Shown here in pieces: positions 20,605 to 31,110 of a DNA stretch of 64,000 nt. How positions within the stretch are numbered: the first letter of the stretch is position 1; the number at the start of each line of letters is the position of its first letter. This DNA comes from Candidatus Hydrogenedentota bacterium (GTDB lineage: Bacteria; Hydrogenedentota; Hydrogenedentia; Hydrogenedentales; SLHB01): contig CAXXYE010000008.1 in the NCBI GenBank assembly GCA_963674865.2, positions 1 through 64,000 on the forward strand. The letters are read 5' to 3'. The position numbers and the translations under genes are program-made. The notes beneath the pieces are model-generated. The model was not told where the DNA came from. It ran no database searches and worked only from the letters and a program-made list of their open reading frames with translations.

Positions 20605-21138
20605 ATGCCACGCTTGAAAATCGTTGATCCGGCGACGGCTGAGGGAAAGGTCAAAGAGCTTTTCGATGGCCCGCTTAAGTTGAAGAAGATCAATATCTAC
20701 AAGACACTGGCGAATTCCCCCGCCGCGCTGGACGCGCTAACCCAGATGGGGGACTGCCTGGCCGAGGGCGTGCTCAGCGCGAAAGAACGCGAGGTCATCG
20801 CACTGGCGATTGGTGAGAACACGGGCTGCGAATACTGTGTGGCCGCCCACACGGTTGTCGGGAAAATGGCGGGGATGTCCATCGAGGAGACAATCGCGGC
20901 GCGACGCGGTAAGCTCAACGATCCGAAGCTCAACGCGTTGGCAACCTTCGTGCTCGCCCTGCACGAGAAGAGAGGCTGGATGAGCGACGAAGATGTCGCA
21001 GCCTTCCGTGACGCCGGCTATGGCGACGCCCATATAGGTGAGGTGATTGCCGTCTACGCCTTGAACATTCTCACGAACTACATCAATCACGTGAATCAGA
21101 CGGAGATTGATTTCCCCGAGCCTCCGCCGCTGGATTGA
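20605..21138 (+). CDS. AhpD / carboxymuconolactone decarboxylase family peroxidase-related protein
   Basis: EREVIAL, CEYCVAAH, NYINH; GGAGG RBS. Confidence 0.88.
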   Translation: MPRLKIVDPATAEGKVKELFDGPLKLKKINIYKTLANSPAALDALTQMGDCLAEGVLSAKEREVIALAIGENTGCEYCVAAHTVVGKMAGMSIEETIAARRGKLNDPKLNALATFVLALHEKRGWMSDEDVAAFRDAGYGDAHIGEVIAVYALNILTNYINHVNQTEIDFPEPPPLD

Positions 21139-21156
21139 CGGGCGGACAAGAAGAGA

Positions 21157-22032
21157 TTAGGCGCGTTCGACATAGAAGGGCTGTGTCCAGGCCATCTTTT
21201 CGCCCGGCCCCCAGCACTCGATACGGAAGTACTGCGCCGTGGTGTCCGGAGGCACGGTGAATGTGAGCTCCTGCCCGTCCACGGCTGTCTCTCGATGGCC
21301 GAAATCCGAGTGCACCACGAAGCGCTGTGCGTTTTGCGTGCGGACGTGGATGCTCAGGCCTTCGACGGCAATCTGGTCGATCACCACGCCTGTGCTTGGA
21401 TAGCACCGGCCCATCCGAAGCGCCTCGACAACTGCCGCCGGCTCCCGTGTCTCGACCTGAACGAAAGTCCAAGCCAACTCGACATCTTCCGGCCGGTGGC
21501 TATCATCCACCGCATAGCCCCACACCTTGCGGCCCAGCCCGAGCAGCCTGTCCCACCGATCGGTTGCCAGCGGTGAACCATCCAGACGGCGTATGACACC
21601 GTTGTAAACCTCGATACCTGTGTAACCCTCCCAGGCTTCCAACCGCTCCTGAGGGCAATGAGAGAAGTGTTTCTGCCAGTTGGGATGGCAGACTACGGCG
21701 AAACCTGTCCCTTGAACCACTTTGTTGAGGACATGCTGGCGATCCGAGTCCGGCTCTATGTAGTGCCCGGCCGCTGCGTGAAGTATGTGAGGCCCGTCTG
21801 CCGAGATCTCATGGCCGGGGATGAGCGCCATACCCCGTCCATCAAGTTCTCTGGAATCGGTAAGGAAGTCGTGGTCGCTGAGCATCAGGAACGCATAACC
21901 TCGGGAGGCGTAGTCATCCACAATCTCTTGTGGACTGCGTGTGCCGTCGCTGTTGTTGGTGTGGGTGTGCAGATTGCCTTTCAGCCAGTTCTGGACATTG
22001 TTGTCATAGGGATTGTGCACTGAAATGGCCAT
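21157..22032 (-). CDS. PHP-domain metallohydrolase (CehA/McbA-like)
   Basis: WLKGNLHTHT, SDHD, CHP, IEVYNG, DDSH. Confidence 0.85.
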   Translation of the reverse strand: MAISVHNPYDNNVQNWLKGNLHTHTNNSDGTRSPQEIVDDYASRGYAFLMLSDHDFLTDSRELDGRGMALIPGHEISADGPHILHAAAGHYIEPDSDRQHVLNKVVQGTGFAVVCHPNWQKHFSHCPQERLEAWEGYTGIEVYNGVIRRLDGSPLATDRWDRLLGLGRKVWGYAVDDSHRPEDVELAWTFVQVETREPAAVVEALRMGRCYPSTGVVIDQIAVEGLSIHVRTQNAQRFVVHSDFGHRETAVDGQELTFTVPPDTTAQYFRIECWGPGEKMAWTQPFYVERA

Positions 22033-22188
22033 GAATCATCCTTCCCCAAAACCATACCGGTGATTGCAGAGGGCCGACTTCCGCCGGCCCCGGCTCTGCC
22101 CAGATCCAATATCCCCTGACCTCATCCCCCGCCGCGGTCTCCGCACACGCATTTGAACGAGGCCTACAACCTGGTCTACAGGCTAGCT

Positions 22189-22428
22189 TTATGGTGTATC
22201 CTCAGCCACGATCTTCTCAAGTACTTCGAGAAGCTGATCTCCGTCCACGCCGTAGCCCTCGCAAACCTGCTCGAGGGTTTCCACCTGCCCGAGAGCGCAG
22301 TGTGCGCATCCGCCCAGGTGAAATGCGGCGAAGACTTCACGCACGCGGGGATGCACGGCCATCGCCTCAGCGATCGTCATGTCCAGTTTGAAGTGTTTGC
22401 CCGTTGTTTCGGCCTGCGTATCCGACAT
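22189..22428 (-). CDS. DUF1858-like small protein
   Basis: DMTIAE...HP...EVF..FHLGGCAHC....ETLEQ; AAGGA RBS. Confidence 0.8.
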   Translation of the reverse strand: MSDTQAETTGKHFKLDMTIAEAMAVHPRVREVFAAFHLGGCAHCALGQVETLEQVCEGYGVDGDQLLEVLEKIVAEDTP

Positions 22429-22488
22429 CGTGTTTCCTTTCGTTTTCGGCTTGGCTGATGCGCCTGCGGCGCATCAGGATACGTCCCT

Positions 22489-22713
22489 CTACTCGTGCGG
22501 CCAGTACTGCTCGAATTCCTCCTTCGAGGACGGCTCCAAGAGCTCCGGCCGGTAAAACTGCTTGATGATGGGATCTGTAACGCACTCGACCTCATCCGTC
22601 CCGGTGATGTGCGTTACGTAGCGGACGATGCTCTTGTCATCCTGGCACTCGTAATATGTCCATGCGTTCCCCTTTCCGGGAACCGCCTGACTTGTCTTGA
22701 AGTACAACATCAT
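22489..22713 (-). CDS. Small hypothetical protein
   Basis: Globular-looking 74-aa ORF co-oriented with neighbours, GAAGAGG upstream. Confidence 0.6.
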   Translation of the reverse strand: MMLYFKTSQAVPGKGNAWTYYECQDDKSIVRYVTHITGTDEVECVTDPIIKQFYRPELLEPSSKEEFEQYWPHE

Positions 22714-22819
22714 CCTCTTCCGCAAAATGGCCTTGTCTAGAGCAAACAAACTGGCCACCCAGAGCATTCCTTGCGCAACACCTTGGCGCGCAAGGGGTTA
22801 TGGTTGGGCCCCGCAAGGC

Positions 22820-23899
22820 TTATGCAATCGATAGCATCCGTTCGATGGGAAGCCGAGCCCTTTCGACGAGGTCATCCGGCAATTCGACCTTGAATTGAGT
22901 CTTCTCGAGAGCGGCGAGCGTATCATCGAGGGTGATTAGGTTCATGTACTGGCACCGCAAGCTGCACGCCCGAACCATTTCCCGGTTCGGGAACTCCGCG
23001 GCCACATTGTCCCCCATGGCGCACTCCGTCAAGAGGATGTATTGCGGTGCGTCCACATCACGGACGTACTCGATCATCTTCTTCGTGCTGCCCGAGATGT
23101 CTACCCGGGCGATGACCTCGGGGGGACACTCCGGATGGGCCAGAATCACCGCGTCGGGGAACTGCCGCCTCGCGTTCTCGACATCCTCGACGGTGAATAG
23201 TTCATGTACCTCGCACCGGGCCTTCCAACCGATGACGGCCTGATCCATCCCGGCCAGCTCAGCGTCCTGTGTGCCTCCCGAGAGGGACGACATCACAAAG
23301 GGTATCCCGAGTTCGGCGGCAGTGTTGCGGGCGAGATACTCGTCCGGCAGGAAAACGACTTTGCCGTGGCCGTCGGCCATGAGCTTCTTCACGACCGCGC
23401 CCGCGTTGCCTGACGTGCAACAGTAGTCCGACTCCGCTTTCACGTCGGCGTACGTGTTGACATAAGTCACGACGGGACATCCGGGATACCGTTCCTTCAG
23501 TGCGCGGACATCCGCAGCCGTGATTCCCTCGGCCAGCGAGCAGCCTGCTTTCTCGACAGGAATTAGCACTGTCTTGTCCGGGTTGAGCACTTTGGCCGTC
23601 TCGGCCATGAACAGCACGCCGCAGAAGATGATGATATCCGCGTCGGTTTCAGCGGAAATGCGGGAAAGCTGGAGCGAGTCGCCCACATAGTCAGGAATCG
23701 AGTGATAAAGCGCCGGTTCCATGTAGTTATGGCCGAGAATGACTGCGTTCTTCTCGCGTTTCAGCCGATTGATCCGATGCGCCAGCTCGGCCTTCCCGGG
23801 GATCTCGAAGTCGGGCACCACCCCGGCCAGCTTCTCCCGCATCAGGGCGCACGCTTCCTCGACAGTCCCGGCATTTTGAATTGCTGTGGTCTTTGGCAA
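22820..23899 (-). CDS. nadA: Quinolinate synthase
   Basis: ILGHNY, GDSL, FMAETAKVLNP, Fe-S cysteines in GCSLA, CEVH and CQYM, AHPEC. Confidence 0.96.
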   Translation of the reverse strand: MPKTTAIQNAGTVEEACALMREKLAGVVPDFEIPGKAELAHRINRLKREKNAVILGHNYMEPALYHSIPDYVGDSLQLSRISAETDADIIIFCGVLFMAETAKVLNPDKTVLIPVEKAGCSLAEGITAADVRALKERYPGCPVVTYVNTYADVKAESDYCCTSGNAGAVVKKLMADGHGKVVFLPDEYLARNTAAELGIPFVMSSLSGGTQDAELAGMDQAVIGWKARCEVHELFTVEDVENARRQFPDAVILAHPECPPEVIARVDISGSTKKMIEYVRDVDAPQYILLTECAMGDNVAAEFPNREMVRACSLRCQYMNLITLDDTLAALEKTQFKVELPDDLVERARLPIERMLSIA

Positions 23900-24005
23900 G
23901 CCTGTCTATCCTTGGATACAAGAGTCGAACGCTGCCGTCCGGCGAAACACAACATGATTGGCAAGGCGTGGGGGCCGAGCGGGGCCTACGTGTGTCCTTC
24001 GCGAC

Positions 24006-24034
24006 ATACTAGCACTCAACGTAAGTCCCTTCAA
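24006..24034 (-). promoter_or_regulatory. Putative sigma70 promoter for nadA
   Basis: TTGAAG-N17-TAGTAT with extended -10 TG. Confidence 0.55.
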
Positions 24035-24056
24035 ATACACGACAAGCAGGTTCTGT

Positions 24057-24527
24057 TCATCCGTCTCCCGGCTCGTGTCCAAGTCTTTGGCCGGGGGCGG
24101 TCGAGGTTAGCGCCGCCGCCATTGCCTCCCATGCCAGCGTCGCGCAGCGGAGCCTGAGAGGATACGCCCTCACCGCCTCCAGCGCCGTTACTTCGTCCAG
24201 TCCATCTCGCCCGGCGGGGGCGTCGCTGTCGGACTCGAGCGACGCCCTGAGCCTGTCGTGGAGGGCAAGAGCCTTCGCCTTGCTCTTGCCTCTGACGGCT
24301 TCCGTCAGAAGCGACGCAGATGCCTTGGCCACGGCGCAGCCGTGGCCCTGAAACGTCGCTTCCTCAATCACATCGCCGTTCATCCTAAAGCACATCACCA
24401 GTTCGTCTCCGCAGAGGGGATTGACGGCCTGCGATTGGCAGTCTGGACAGGGCATCGGGCGGAAGTTTCGTGGGCGTGTGCCGTGCTCAACGAGAATCCC
24501 CTCGTATAGAGGCGCCCGGCCTGCCAT
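24057..24527 (-). CDS. sufU: SufU (NifU-like) sulfur-transfer / Fe-S scaffold protein
   Basis: NPLCGD, GHGCAVAKASAS, YPLRLRCATLAW; start overlaps the sufS stop (TGATG). Confidence 0.88.
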   Translation of the reverse strand: MAGRAPLYEGILVEHGTRPRNFRPMPCPDCQSQAVNPLCGDELVMCFRMNGDVIEEATFQGHGCAVAKASASLLTEAVRGKSKAKALALHDRLRASLESDSDAPAGRDGLDEVTALEAVRAYPLRLRCATLAWEAMAAALTSTAPGQRLGHEPGDG

Positions 24528-25792
24528 CAACCAAACACCTCCCTTACCTTTCTGATGCCCCTTTCGAGGGAGTAGACTTCCTCGGAGGTATTGTAGAAAG
24601 CGAAGGAGGCGCGGGCCATGGCCGACACACCCAAACGCCGCATCAAGGGCTGTGCGCACTGATCTCCGCCGCGGACGGCAATGCCTTCGCCGTCAAGCAC
24701 TTGGGCCACGTCGTGGGCGTGGACGCCCTCGACAGCGAAAGACACCGACCCCGCCCGCTCATCGGCCGCGCCGAAAACCGTGACACCCGCCATGTTCCGC
24801 AGTGCAGACACCGCGCTCGCCAGAAGCTCACGCTCGTATCTGGCGATGCGATCCATGCCCACAGTTTCGAGGTATTTCACGGCGGCCGCCAAGCCCAAAG
24901 CGCCTGCGATGTTGGGCGTTCCCGCCTCGAATTTGTGAGGAAGTGCATCGTACGTCGCGCCTTCAAGCGTCACGGTGAGTACCATTTCGCCGCCGCTCTC
25001 GTGGGGGGGCATCGCGTCGAGTAGGGCCTCCCTACCGTACAACACGCCGATGCCCGTGGGGCCAAACATCTTGTGGCCTGAACACACGAAGAAGTCGCAG
25101 CCAAGGGCCTCGACGTCAACCGGGAAATGTGGCGCGGACTGTGCCCCGTCCACCAGTACGGGCACACCCGCGTCGTGCGCGATCTCGACAATCCGGGCCA
25201 CGGGATTCACCGTGCCTAGCACGTTTGAGACATGTGTTACCGCCAGCAGACGCGTACGTTCGTTCAGCAGGCCAGCGAGCGCGTCTAGCTCCAGTGCGCC
25301 GTTGTCTGTGAGAGGGAGCACGTGCAGCGTCGCCTCCCGTTCCTTGCATAGCCGCTGCCAAGGCACCAGATTGGAATGGTGCTCCATCTCCGAGACGATG
25401 ACCTCATCACCGGGATCGATACGCTGCCGCCCGAACGTCTGCGCTACGAGGTTGATGCCCTCCGTCGCGCCCCGCGTGAAGATTATTTCGCAGGCCCGGG
25501 GTGCTCCAAGAAACCGCCGCAAGGTTTCACGCGCATTCTCGTGGGCCTCCGTAGCCTGCTCGCCCAGATAGTGAACGCTGCGGCGAACGTTGGCGTTTTG
25601 TGAGTAGTAGAACCGCGTGATGGCGTCGACGACCTGCCGCGGCTTCTGCGTTGTGGCGGCGTTGTCGAGATAAACCAGGGACTTCCCGCGGCACATGGTG
25701 CCGAGAATCGGGAAATCGCGTCGGATGCGGATAACGTCCAGCGTATTCAGCCCGTCGCTTCCCGAAGTTCTTGTTGTGTCACCGGAGTCCAT
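24527..25792 (-). CDS. sufS: Cysteine desulfurase, type II
   Basis: YLDNAATTQKP, MEHHSN, SGHKMFGPTG, FEAGTP, catalytic Cys in RGGDQCAQPL. Confidence 0.93.
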   Translation of the reverse strand: MDSGDTTRTSGSDGLNTLDVIRIRRDFPILGTMCRGKSLVYLDNAATTQKPRQVVDAITRFYYSQNANVRRSVHYLGEQATEAHENARETLRRFLGAPRACEIIFTRGATEGINLVAQTFGRQRIDPGDEVIVSEMEHHSNLVPWQRLCKEREATLHVLPLTDNGALELDALAGLLNERTRLLAVTHVSNVLGTVNPVARIVEIAHDAGVPVLVDGAQSAPHFPVDVEALGCDFFVCSGHKMFGPTGIGVLYGREALLDAMPPHESGGEMVLTVTLEGATYDALPHKFEAGTPNIAGALGLAAAVKYLETVGMDRIARYERELLASAVSALRNMAGVTVFGAADERAGSVSFAVEGVHAHDVAQVLDGEGIAVRGGDQCAQPLMRRLGVSAMARASFAFYNTSEEVYSLERGIRKVREVFG

Positions 25793-25932
25793 TTGGTGTT
25801 CTCAAGTGCGGCTATTGAATGGAACGGGCGCCGTGGTCGGGCCATTCCTCCGCCGAAGAATGGGAACGCGCCCCAAGCGCAGAGGATAGCCTGAGGCGCG
25901 CGACAACCCATTCGCTCAGATAAGCATTCCTT

Positions 25933-27378
25933 TTAATAGCGGTAATGCTCCGGCTTGTACGGCCCCTCGATGGGAACGCCCAAGTAATCAGCCTGTTTCT
26001 TGGCCAGCGTGTCGAGTTTCGCACCCAGTTTGCCAAGATGAAGCCGGGCCACTTCCTCGTCCAGGAGCTTGGGCAACGTATAGACCTTGCCCGCCTCGTA
26101 CTCTTTCGGCTCGGTGAAAAGGGCAATCTGGGCCAGCGTCTGGTTCGTGAACGAGTTGGACATGACGAACGACGGGTGGCCCGTGGCGCAACCCAGGTTC
26201 ACGAGACGTCCCCGGGCCAGCACGATAATGGCCCGTCCGTCCGGGAAGATGAACTTGTCCACCTGGGGCTTGATGGTTTCCTCACGGATGTCGGGATTGT
26301 CCTCGAGCCAGGCTATCTCGACCTCGGCATCGAAGTGTCCGATATTGCAGACGATGGCCTCGTCCTTCATGACTTTGAAATGATCCCCGCGGATGACATC
26401 GCAGCAACCGGTAGCCGTGACGAAGATGTCACCTACCGGGGCCGCCTCATCCATGGTGAGCACCTCGTAGCCTTCCATACAGGCTTGAAGCGCGCAGATG
26501 GGATCGATTTCGGTGATAAGCACCCGTGCGCCAAGCCCGCGCATGGCCTGCGCGCAGCCCTTGCCCACGTCGCCGTATCCGGCCACGACGACGACCTTCC
26601 CGGCCACCATTACATCCGTGGCTCGTTTGATTCCATCCGCCAGGGATTCGCGGCAGCCGTAAAGATTATCGAACTTCGACTTCGTCACCGAGTCGTTGAC
26701 ATTCATGGCCCGGGTGAGCAGTGTTCCCTCGCGCATCATGTGGTAGAGGCGGTGGACGCCTGTCGTTGTCTCCTCGGACAGGCCGATCCAGTCCTTGGCG
26801 ACGTTGTGCCACCGGTTGGGATCCTCGCCGTGGAGTTTGTGAAGAAGGGTGTCGACAATGGCGACTTCCTTGTTATCAGTGCAGATCTCCGGCAACTTGC
26901 CGGTCTTGTTGAACGTCTCCTCGAACTGATAGCCGCGATGGATCAGCAGCGTCGCATCGCCGCCGTCGTCGACTATCATCTGGGGCCCTTTCCCATCGGC
27001 AAAACACATGGCCTGGTTCGTGCACCACCAGTAATCCTCGAGACTCTCTCCCTTCCACGCGTAAACGGGTGTGCCCGTCTTGGCGATGGCCGCCGCGGCG
27101 TGGTCTTGCGTCGAAAAGATATTGCAGCTCGCCCAGCGCACCGTCGCACCGAGCGCCTTCAACGTCTCGATGAGCACGGCCGTTTGGATCGTCATGTGCA
27201 GGGAGCCCATGATCCGTGCGCCCTTGAGTGGCTGGGCGGAGGCGTAACGCTCGCGGATGGCCATCAGCCCGGGCATTTCCTTCTCCGCAATGTCGATCTC
27301 TTTTCTGCCCCATTCGGCAAGCTTCATGTCCGCTACTTTGTACTTCAATGCGCTTTCGGACGCGGCTTTCGTAGCCAT
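25933..27378 (-). CDS. ahcY: Adenosylhomocysteinase
   Basis: [61 protein letters not shown]. Confidence 0.98.
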   Translation of the reverse strand: MATKAASESALKYKVADMKLAEWGRKEIDIAEKEMPGLMAIRERYASAQPLKGARIMGSLHMTIQTAVLIETLKALGATVRWASCNIFSTQDHAAAAIAKTGTPVYAWKGESLEDYWWCTNQAMCFADGKGPQMIVDDGGDATLLIHRGYQFEETFNKTGKLPEICTDNKEVAIVDTLLHKLHGEDPNRWHNVAKDWIGLSEETTTGVHRLYHMMREGTLLTRAMNVNDSVTKSKFDNLYGCRESLADGIKRATDVMVAGKVVVVAGYGDVGKGCAQAMRGLGARVLITEIDPICALQACMEGYEVLTMDEAAPVGDIFVTATGCCDVIRGDHFKVMKDEAIVCNIGHFDAEVEIAWLEDNPDIREETIKPQVDKFIFPDGRAIIVLARGRLVNLGCATGHPSFVMSNSFTNQTLAQIALFTEPKEYEAGKVYTLPKLLDEEVARLHLGKLGAKLDTLAKKQADYLGVPIEGPYKPEHYRY

Positions 27379-27382
27379 TCAT

Positions 27383-28129
27383 TCATACTCCCTTGCTGCG
27401 CAGCCCGCGAAGCTCATAAACGCTCACGGGGTGCCTGATATCCTTGAAGTTCACCTCGATAACCTTTCCCACCTCAAGAAGGCTCTGGGCGGCCTCAACC
27501 ACGGCGGCGGTCGCGGCGACGCCGCTATCCGTGTGAGACTCGGCCCACTCCTTCGTCAGAAAAGCGATATTGACGATTTCGCCCATGATGTCGGCCCGTG
27601 CGTAGTCCGCGTGGCCAACCGTTCCCAGGTAGATATCGCCGCTGCTCAAGCCGATCTGCAGGGCCTCCGCAACCATCCGCTTGGCCAGGAAGGCCGCCTG
27701 CACGGCGCGGCACTCGTGTTCGATGCCGGAGAAGAAGCACAGAAATTGATCGCCCATGTACTTAATGGGCACGCCGCCGTGACGCAGCACCGCCTCCGTC
27801 AATTGCGCGAAGAAGCCATTTGCCCAGGCCGCAAACTCGCCCGGCGCCATGTTGAGGGATTTCTCGTAGGCGCCCGTCACACTCGATACGAACACCGTCG
27901 CCTCGAAGACGTCGCGGCCTTCGGCGTGGGCGTCTAGCAGCCAATCGGTGGATACGCCAAGCAACTTGGCCAAGGCCCCGAGAACCGCGATATCCGGCGC
28001 GTTCTCGCCGCGCTCCCATTTCGATACGGCCTGCGGACTGACCTGCAAGGCGTGAGCCACGTCATGCTGCTTCAGCCCCAGCCGTTCGCGACGGGAGCGA
28101 ATTCGGTTACCAAGACCCTTGAGTAACAT
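27383..28129 (-). CDS. XRE-family HTH protein fused to a degenerate class III nucleotidyl-cyclase domain
   Basis: VSPQAVSKWERG..PD...LAKLLGVSTDWLL; cyclase-like GGVPIKYMGD, IGLSSG, DIMGEIVN. Confidence 0.85.
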   Translation of the reverse strand: MLLKGLGNRIRSRRERLGLKQHDVAHALQVSPQAVSKWERGENAPDIAVLGALAKLLGVSTDWLLDAHAEGRDVFEATVFVSSVTGAYEKSLNMAPGEFAAWANGFFAQLTEAVLRHGGVPIKYMGDQFLCFFSGIEHECRAVQAAFLAKRMVAEALQIGLSSGDIYLGTVGHADYARADIMGEIVNIAFLTKEWAESHTDSGVAATAAVVEAAQSLLEVGKVIEVNFKDIRHPVSVYELRGLRSKGV

Positions 28130-28169
28130 AGCTTACCTTACCGGTTTCGCGAATTGGCCGGATCCTTAA

Positions 28170-28199
28170 GACCTTAGGTCAAAACGCGGGGGAAGTCAA
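28170..28199 (-). promoter_or_regulatory. Putative promoter of the XRE-cyclase/ahcY operon with an overlapping palindrome
   Basis: TTGACT (28199-28194), 17-nt spacer, TAAGGT (28176-28171); GACCT-T-AGGTC palindrome at 28170-28180. Confidence 0.55.
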
Positions 28200-28251
28200 T
28201 GAAGCGCTCGTTGGATCTGCTCACGCCGCGGTTGAGTAGTGGGCGCCGGTT

Positions 28252-31110
28252 TCAGCGCAGCTTCGACCTCAAGTGCTCGCCCGTATAGGACTTCTTCCGC
28301 CGGGCGAGTTGACTGGGCGTGCCCTGTGCCACGATACGGCCGCCTTCATCGCCCCCCTCGGGGCCGAGGTCGACAATCCAGTCCGCGGTCTTGATGACGT
28401 CCAGGTTGTGCTCGATCACGACAACGGTGTTGCCATTGTCCACCAGGCGATGGAGCACCTTGAGCAGCTTGTCCACATCCACGGCGTGCAGGCCTGTGGT
28501 CGGCTCGTCCAGAATGTAAAGTGTCCGTCCCGTTTGTCGTTTGGCCAATTCCGTCGAGAGCTTGACGCGCTGTGCCTCGCCGCCCGAAAGCGTCGTCGCC
28601 GCTTGGCCGAGCTTGATGTATCCGAGGCCCACGTCGAACAGCGTCTTGAGTTTTACGAATACGGAAGGCACGTTTCTGAAGAAGGTGCATGCCTCCTCAA
28701 CCGTCATGTCCAGCACCTCGGCGATATGCTTTCCCTTATAGCGGATATCGAGCGTGTCGCGGTTGTACCGGGCGCCCTTGCAAACCTCGCAAGGCACGTA
28801 CACGTCGGGCAGGAAGTGCATCTCAATGGTGATGACGCCGTTCCCCTCGCAGTGTTCGCAGCGGCCGCCCTTGACGTTGAAACTGAACCGCCCCGGCTTG
28901 TAGCCGCGCGCCCGCGCGGCGGGCGTCTTGCTGAACAGCTGGCGAATCGGGGCGAAAAGGCCGGTATAGGTGGCGGGATTCGAGCGCGGCGTCCGCCCGA
29001 TGGGGGATTGGTCGATGTCGATCACTTTGTCAATGTGTTCGAGTCCCTCGATGGCGTCGTGCTTGCCCGGCCGCATTCGCGGCGAGCCGTGGAGCATACG
29101 CATCGCCGCAGGGAATAGCGTCTCGTTGACAAGACTTGACTTCCCCGAGCCCGAAACACCGGTGACGCACGTCAGGACGCCCAGCGGAAACGCGACGTCG
29201 ATCCCCTTGAGGTTGTGGTGTCGCGCGCCGACGATGCGGATCGATTCCCCGTTTCCCTTTCGTGGGCTCTCAGGGACTTGGATCGAGAACGCGCCGGACA
29301 GGAACTGCCCGGTGAGCGAATCCTTTACGCGCATGATCTGTTTCGGCGTTCCTTGCGCCACCACACGGCCGCCGTGGACGCCGGCGCCGGGGCCGAGATC
29401 GAGCACGTGGTCGGCCGTGCGGATCGTGTCCTCGTCGTGTTCGACCACGATCACCGTGTTGCCCAGGTCGCGCAGGCGTTCGAGCGTGGCGATCAGCTTC
29501 TTGTTATCCCGCTGGTGGAGCCCGATGCTCGGTTCGTCCAGGATGTAAAGCACACCCACCAGCCCGGAGCCGATCTGCGTGGCTAAACGAATACGCTGCG
29601 ACTCGCCGCCCGAGAGGCTGCCCGCCTCGCGGTCGAGCGTCAGGTAGCTCAGTCCCACGTTGACGAGAAAGCCTAGACGCTCCCGGATTTCCTTGAGAAT
29701 TCTCTCGGCGATGCGCCGCTGCGTGGTGGTCAGTGTCAGACAGGAGAAGAAGGCGAGGGCCTCCGAGATGGATTTACCCGTCGCCGCCATGATCGTCGTA
29801 TCGTTCACCGTCACCGCCGCGGATTCGGGGCGGAGCCGGGCACCATTGCAGGCGTGGCAAGGGCGGCTCGCCATGAACTGGCTGATCATATCCCGCGCCG
29901 CGTTGGACTCCGTTTCCCGGAACCGGCGCTCGAGATTCGGAATGACGCCCTCAAAAGGCCGGCTTACCTCGTAGGTGTGTTTGCTGCCGGAGTAGTCAAA
30001 GTCGATTTCCTCATTGCCCGAGCCGTAAAGCACGACCTGCTGGAATTTCTCGGGCAGTTTCCGCCATGGCCGCGAGGGATCCTGGCCGTAATGGCGGCAA
30101 ACACACATCAGGGCGCGCCGGTACATGCCGTCCAGTACGCGTCGCATGCTCCACGGGCGCACCGCTCCCTCGGCAATGGCAAGACTCGTGTCCGGCACGA
30201 CCAAATCGGGATCGATCTCCATCATAGTGCCCAGTCCCGTACACTCGGGACAGGCCCCGTGCGGATTATTGAACGAGAACATCCGCGGCGTCAGCTCCTC
30301 GAAGCTGATCCCACAGTCCACGCAAGCGAAATGCTCGCTCTGCAGAATCTCCTTGGCCTCGCCGGCGGGCGGCTCGTACCAGATCCGGATGATTCCCTTG
30401 GCGAGCTTCAAGCAGGTTTCGACTGAGTCCGTCAGTCGCGTCGCGACTCCCTCTTTGATAATCAGGCGGTCGACCACCACGTCGATGTCGTGCTTCACGT
30501 AGCGCTCGAGTTCGATGTCGTCATCGACGCTGTAGAACTCGCCGTCCACGCGGATCCGTACGTATCCCTGCCGCTTGATGTCCTCAAAGACCTTTTGGTA
30601 CGTGCCCTTTCGCTGTCGGATGACAGGCGCCAGAAGCTGCACACGCGTCTTCTCCGGGAAACCCAGAATGAGATCGACGATGGACTGCGGCGTTTGTGAC
30701 TCGACCACTTTGCCGCACTGGTGACAGTGGGGCGTCCCGATGCGGGCGTAGAGCAGACGGAGGTAGTCGTACACCTCCGTCACCGTTCCGACGGTGGAGC
30801 GAGGATTCCGGTGAGAGGTCTTCTGCTCAATGGAGATGGCGGGACTGAGGCCCTCGATGTAATCCACGTCCGGCTTGTCCATCTGCTCGAGGAATTGCCG
30901 CGCGTAAGCGGAAAGGCTCTCGACATAACGCCTCTGGCCCTCAGCATAGATCGTGTCGAAGGCCAGGCTGGACTTGCCCGAACCGCTCAAACCGGTGATC
31001 ACCACCAGTTTGTCCCGGGGGATCACCAGGTCTACATTCTGTAAGTTGTGTTCCCGTGCGCCTTTGACGACGATGGCGTTCCGGGACGTATGTGGTTTCT
31101 TGGCCGGCAT
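28252..31110 (-). CDS. uvrA: Excinuclease ABC subunit A
   Basis: [21 protein letters not shown], two ABC ATPase domains with LSGGE, zinc-finger CxxC pairs. Confidence 0.98.
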   Translation of the reverse strand: MPAKKPHTSRNAIVVKGAREHNLQNVDLVIPRDKLVVITGLSGSGKSSLAFDTIYAEGQRRYVESLSAYARQFLEQMDKPDVDYIEGLSPAISIEQKTSHRNPRSTVGTVTEVYDYLRLLYARIGTPHCHQCGKVVESQTPQSIVDLILGFPEKTRVQLLAPVIRQRKGTYQKVFEDIKRQGYVRIRVDGEFYSVDDDIELERYVKHDIDVVVDRLIIKEGVATRLTDSVETCLKLAKGIIRIWYEPPAGEAKEILQSEHFACVDCGISFEELTPRMFSFNNPHGACPECTGLGTMMEIDPDLVVPDTSLAIAEGAVRPWSMRRVLDGMYRRALMCVCRHYGQDPSRPWRKLPEKFQQVVLYGSGNEEIDFDYSGSKHTYEVSRPFEGVIPNLERRFRETESNAARDMISQFMASRPCHACNGARLRPESAAVTVNDTTIMAATGKSISEALAFFSCLTLTTTQRRIAERILKEIRERLGFLVNVGLSYLTLDREAGSLSGGESQRIRLATQIGSGLVGVLYILDEPSIGLHQRDNKKLIATLERLRDLGNTVIVVEHDEDTIRTADHVLDLGPGAGVHGGRVVAQGTPKQIMRVKDSLTGQFLSGAFSIQVPESPRKGNGESIRIVGARHHNLKGIDVAFPLGVLTCVTGVSGSGKSSLVNETLFPAAMRMLHGSPRMRPGKHDAIEGLEHIDKVIDIDQSPIGRTPRSNPATYTGLFAPIRQLFSKTPAARARGYKPGRFSFNVKGGRCEHCEGNGVITIEMHFLPDVYVPCEVCKGARYNRDTLDIRYKGKHIAEVLDMTVEEACTFFRNVPSVFVKLKTLFDVGLGYIKLGQAATTLSGGEAQRVKLSTELAKRQTGRTLYILDEPTTGLHAVDVDKLLKVLHRLVDNGNTVVVIEHNLDVIKTADWIVDLGPEGGDEGGRIVAQGTPSQLARRKKSYTGEHLRSKLR

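Noticed and set aside
28200..28250. Possible SAH riboswitch upstream of the ahcY operon (CAACGAGCGCT segment)
   Set aside because: Lacks the GAGGAGCG and GCCAGGCUC core and lies upstream of the predicted promoter
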